Origin: Paraspadella gotoi
Taxonomy: Eukaryota > Animalia > Chaetognatha
Assembly: GCA_051294375.1 (NCBI GenBank)
Contig: CM119265.1
Location: forward strand, 22,010,278-22,074,277
DNA length: 64,000 nt
Reading direction: 5' to 3'
The notes under the pieces are model-generated. The model did not search any database, was not told the DNA's origin, and worked only from the letters and a program-made list of their open reading frames with translations. This document shows, piece by piece, positions 59,938-64,000 of the stretch (positions are counted from its first letter, which is position 1; each line of letters starts with the position of its first letter). A program made the translations under genes and the position numbers.

Positions 59938-62643
59938 ATGTCAGACTTCCACGCGGAATTAGACTCTTTCGAGATCCAGGTTCCCGGCGGCGGAAAAATC
60001 CCGTTTCGTGACGACGACGCCGTCCTGTCCCAAATGCAATCGCACTACGGAAATTGGCGGGAGAGGGGAAAGGTTACCTCGATCCCGCTGGCCAGGATTC
60101 CGCGATTGTTTTTCGGCGACGAATCGATGCCCGACTACTTTCGCCAGAGGTTTCAAGCTCTTCAAAAAGGTGAAGAGGGTGAGATCAAAATCTTCAAAGA
60201 ATTGTTGGGCTTGGCCAATCTGGGTGGCTCGGGAATTCTCGTTTACCCCAACGTCGACGGCAACGGGTTCCGGCACCTCGACGCACAAGTCGAGATCGAC
60301 TTCGTCGTCCTCGTCGCGGACAAGGGGGCGTTCTTAGTCAATGTGAAAAAAGCGCGCGTAGTTGACGAGAAAAAAATTGCCGACGACATGCGGCGTCACT
60401 CGCGCTTCGTCCATCTGGTGGCGACTTACCGTGAATCGGCCGAGGTTCCGATTTACGGTGTCGTGTGCACGCTGGAAAATAGGATGAACGCGAAAAAAAT
60501 CGAGGATAGATCGGGAGAGGGGATTAGAGGGTGTCATGTTTTTCAACCGACAGATTTCGAAGACTTCCCCCACAAGTGGGCGGAAATGGCTTCGAAATTG
60601 CCGGATATCGCCGCGGACGGCGAACAAGAAAAGGCCGTGGACACACTCGCCTCCAGACTCTTCGTCCTCAACATCATGGACGGATCTTTGGCGCAGATTC
60701 ACGAGCGAATCGCGACAGACGACTTCCAGCGGCAGAGGAAGGCACCTAAAGTGTTCAAAGAGTTTACCGAAGAAATGGTAAAGGAGGCCTTGAAGGACGA
60801 TTCCGCGGACGAGGCTCGAACGGAGGAGATGACGAAAGACTTAAAAGATTTGAATATCGGAGAAGTCGGTGCAACAAAAGTTAATAAAAAGAAGAGCATA
60901 ATGTTGTGGTCAAAGCAGCAGTTAGGGATAATCACAAAAATAATGAAGGTTCTTCGCCAGGGGGGCAACCAAGGTTGCCGTCTGGTTATCAAAGGTCCAA
61001 AAGGTTCTGGTAAAACTATGATTTTGACATATATCGCTCGATGGGCCGCGCAGTTGTTCGAGGCGGATAAGCCAAATCAGGTGGTGGTGGCCGACGGGAG
61101 ACAAGGGTCTTCAATTATTTTTTTGGAAAAGTTAAAAAAAACATTTGAGAATACAAAGGTGGGCGTTGTCGACGATGAAAACCAAAAAGGCATGATAAAA
61201 CACTGTCGACTTTTGATGTATGACGAATGCATTGTCCCTAACTTTGAAATTTTGATTGAGCCGAAGAGACAAACTCACTTAATTCTTTTCACGTCCAGGA
61301 ATGATTTTCCTTCAGAAGGTTTGGAGGTTTTCACGCTACAAGAAACTCTTCGCGCGACAGTCGAGATTACGCGCTTCGTCGAGAAGTTCAGGAAGATTCC
61401 GCCATTTTTTCACGAAGTTCCGCTGAACCCTGGACACAATCTTGTATCTTCAGCTCCGACTGTTGATATAGTTTATACTGATTGTGACTCCGATGCAAAG
61501 CACGATGTTTTTGTCGACAAGGCTGTGAATGCCACGTTGGAATTAATAAAAGCAGGGCGGGGATTGAAAGAAATTTTGCTGGCTCCTTACACACACTCGT
61601 TTACCTTAAAGAAGATACTAGATCGTTTGGATGAAGAGCGTGTGGATTATGAGTTTAGAAATCCGACAGAAAAATTAAGTAAATTTAAAAACTTCAAGGA
61701 TGAAAAAGCTGAGAACTTACTCGTTATAGTGTGCACTGGAAATCACGTTGATGGCGCTGAATTTGGTGCTGTTTTGATACTTATTGATTCAACTTTGCCT
61801 TTGTGGTGGGAACAGTTTCTTCATGGTAGTGTCTTTATATCTATGACCCGATCAACCACCTTGTTACGGATAATTTACAATTACGCAGTTAAAGCGCCGC
61901 AAATCAATTATTTCGGTGAAAAAACAGTGAAACATGGAATGTCTTTTTTGGAGGTGTTTCAAACAAAAGAAATAAAAAGGGATGAATTTGAGTCGGTCTT
62001 AGTTGATATAGTGTTTGGTGTTCAATCGAAAGTGGGGCCAGTTTTAATTATTGGCGATATGATATCAAAATCTTTAACCCCCGCTGATCCTCCTAACTTG
62101 TATAAATCGAATATTTTATTCGATTGGTGGTCACTTCCTCGGACTTCCAAGTTAATTGTTTCTTTCAAGAACTTTGATCATAAAGCTCATATTGGAAGTT
62201 TACTTATAACTTCGCTTCAATCTCTTAATAGTTTATCGGCTGTGATTATCTCTACTTTCACCGATACAGCTTTTGAAGTTTGTATGAAAACTATGAATCG
62301 TCACAGCTTATTGTATTCGTTCATTGAAAACCAAATTAATCAAGTTCCTTGCTGCTGGTTATATTCTAAAGATGAGTTTGAAAACTACTTTTATGTAAAA
62401 AGCTCATTAGAATTGTGTTTTGATAGCATGAAAAATTTTTTTTTAACTTATGGTGAAAATAGTAAATCTAAAACTATTAGACTAGATCACGATGAAAAGA
62501 AACAGTCTGAAACATGGCTTGGTCTCAAAAAAAGTGGGAATATATTATTTGACGAAAATTCCTTCAGAGATGCTATTGAAAAGTACAAGAAAAGTTTGAA
62601 ACTAATCAAAATCCAGTACGCTGAACGTATCTTCGGTAATTAG
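59938..62643 (+). CDS. NERD-like nuclease + superfamily-1 helicase + TPR-like protein (may continue by splicing after 62635)
   Basis: GEEGE...EIDFVVL...GAFLVNVK (NERD pattern), WSKQQ, Walker A GPKGSGKT (60994-61017), Walker B LLMYDE, LQETLRATVEI, DGAEFGAV, SMTRS, and a terminal LKKSGNILF..SFRDAIEKYKKSL TPR-like helix pair. Confidence 0.75.
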   Translation: MSDFHAELDSFEIQVPGGGKIPFRDDDAVLSQMQSHYGNWRERGKVTSIPLARIPRLFFGDESMPDYFRQRFQALQKGEEGEIKIFKELLGLANLGGSGILVYPNVDGNGFRHLDAQVEIDFVVLVADKGAFLVNVKKARVVDEKKIADDMRRHSRFVHLVATYRESAEVPIYGVVCTLENRMNAKKIEDRSGEGIRGCHVFQPTDFEDFPHKWAEMASKLPDIAADGEQEKAVDTLASRLFVLNIMDGSLAQIHERIATDDFQRQRKAPKVFKEFTEEMVKEALKDDSADEARTEEMTKDLKDLNIGEVGATKVNKKKSIMLWSKQQLGIITKIMKVLRQGGNQGCRLVIKGPKGSGKTMILTYIARWAAQLFEADKPNQVVVADGRQGSSIIFLEKLKKTFENTKVGVVDDENQKGMIKHCRLLMYDECIVPNFEILIEPKRQTHLILFTSRNDFPSEGLEVFTLQETLRATVEITRFVEKFRKIPPFFHEVPLNPGHNLVSSAPTVDIVYTDCDSDAKHDVFVDKAVNATLELIKAGRGLKEILLAPYTHSFTLKKILDRLDEERVDYEFRNPTEKLSKFKNFKDEKAENLLVIVCTGNHVDGAEFGAVLILIDSTLPLWWEQFLHGSVFISMTRSTTLLRIIYNYAVKAPQINYFGEKTVKHGMSFLEVFQTKEIKRDEFESVLVDIVFGVQSKVGPVLIIGDMISKSLTPADPPNLYKSNILFDWWSLPRTSKLIVSFKNFDHKAHIGSLLITSLQSLNSLSAVIISTFTDTAFEVCMKTMNRHSLLYSFIENQINQVPCCWLYSKDEFENYFYVKSSLELCFDSMKNFFLTYGENSKSKTIRLDHDEKKQSETWLGLKKSGNILFDENSFRDAIEKYKKSLKLIKIQYAERIFGN

Positions 62644-63587
62644 CTGTATATTTTTAACCTAATTAGCAGTCATATTTAATTTTTAATTAGCCACACGGGC
62701 CTGGATAATAGAGCGTATTGAAAGTCACGTATGAAAATTCTAGTTGTTAATTATGAACAATAGAATGGAGCATTCGAGAAAAAAAATTTGATTTGAGGCA
62801 ATTAACAATAATAATATTATACGAGATGGTATGATTATCAAATACAAAAAGTATTTTGCTAATATTGTTTCGGGAACAGAAAAACAATATAATATTATAT
62901 AATCCTTATAAAAAAAAATTTTAAATAATTTTTTTGAAATTTTTATTAAAGATTCAGAATTTTTATAAAAAGTATATAAATATAAATATATAACTATATA
63001 ATATATAAATATATATATATATAAATATATAACTATAAATATAAAACATGTTATCATAAATTTTTTTATCTTCAGTGTTAAACTTTTTAAAAAATGTTAA
63101 AATTCTTAACTTTTTAATTTTGTAATATTAACTATTATATGATAAATTGTTTTTATCATTTTTCGCAGCTTTAATAACATATATTATAAATTATTTTTTT
63201 TCTGACAAATCTGAAACTTTTTAAAATTAAAAAAAATAATTTTTAAATTTTTTTAGATTTTTTAAGGATATTACTATAACAAAATTTGATTTGTTATTCT
63301 GTTATGCTGAAAAATTTTTTGAAAGGATTTGGTTTTTTTTATTACAAAAAATATTGTTAATTTGTTTCATATTTTCATCACTCCAGCCTAATGAACAACG
63401 TACCACCAGTAAACATTAATATATAAAAAAATAATTTTATATTTTAATTTTCGTATTAGGCTATATTTATATATAGTACTATCCTTAAGAAATGATAAAA
63501 TGTCAATTTTGATATAATATATAAATTAGCAGAAAGTATACTATATTTTAATTTGATATGTGAATAGAATGAGTCGAATGCTTTGAT

Positions 63588-64000
63588 ATCATCGCAATCA
63601 ATGAACCTTAATCATCGGCCCCATTTTTTTTTCAGATGGGGGAATGGAATTTTTAATTTGGATTCATTCGGCATCAATGAATGATTATCATCGCATCAAT
63701 GAATGATTATCATCGCTCAATAATGATCAGATCCATCGAATGATTTATCATCGCATCAATGAATGATTATCATCGCATCAATGAATGATTATCATCGCAT
63801 CAATGAATGATTATCATCGCATCAATGAATGATTATCAATCGCATCAATGAATGATATATCATCGCATCAATGAATGATATCATCGCATCAATGTGATTT
63901 CATCGCATCAATGAATGATTATCATCGCATCAATGAATGATTATCATCGCATCAATGAATGATTATCATCGCATCAATGAAATGGATTATCATCGCATCA
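63588..64000. repeat. 22-bp tandem minisatellite (ATCATCGCATCAATGAATGATT)n, running off the window end
   Basis: About 15 head-to-tail copies from about 63670 with small indels and no spacers, plus a degenerate copy near 63588. Confidence 0.95.

Noticed and set aside
63660-64000. CRISPR-like array
   Set aside because: The repeats are head-to-tail with no unique spacers, there are no cas genes, and the context is eukaryotic.

Overview
Eukaryotic (metazoan, probably invertebrate) nuclear DNA from a compact genome. Exons are GC- and CpG-rich, most spliceosomal introns are short (about 50-150 nt) and AT-rich, and the standard code is used. I reconstruct about 21-22 protein-coding genes. Plus-strand run A (1793-16661): DKC1, mu-class GST, GLB1, TECR, TAF3, an RRM protein and non-muscle myosin RLC. 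Middle: a possible minus-strand gene, an HR39/NR5B nuclear receptor with an antisense intronic tRNA-Lys, a sulfotransferase, a degenerate GGT and a minus-strand gene with a MADS-like segment. Plus-strand run B (39477-62643) has ten genes: TMEM143-like, prosaposin-like, SPATA22-like, SGPL1, ankyrin/coiled-coil, C6orf89-like, CCDC117-like, a C2H2 ZNF, a small orphan and a NERD-nuclease/SF1-helicase/TPR protein. Several MITE-like elements, telomere-like tracts and a terminal 22-bp satellite are also present. The main leads are (1) operon-like packing with splice acceptors just upstream of start codons, suggesting polycistronic transcription with SL trans-splicing, (2) a candidate nuclease-helicase defence protein, (3) a MADS-derived protein without DNA-binding basic residues, (4) a GGT pseudoenzyme and (5) frequent AAG/GAG acceptors and GC donors. 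All gene models and family calls were made by eye, without database searches.
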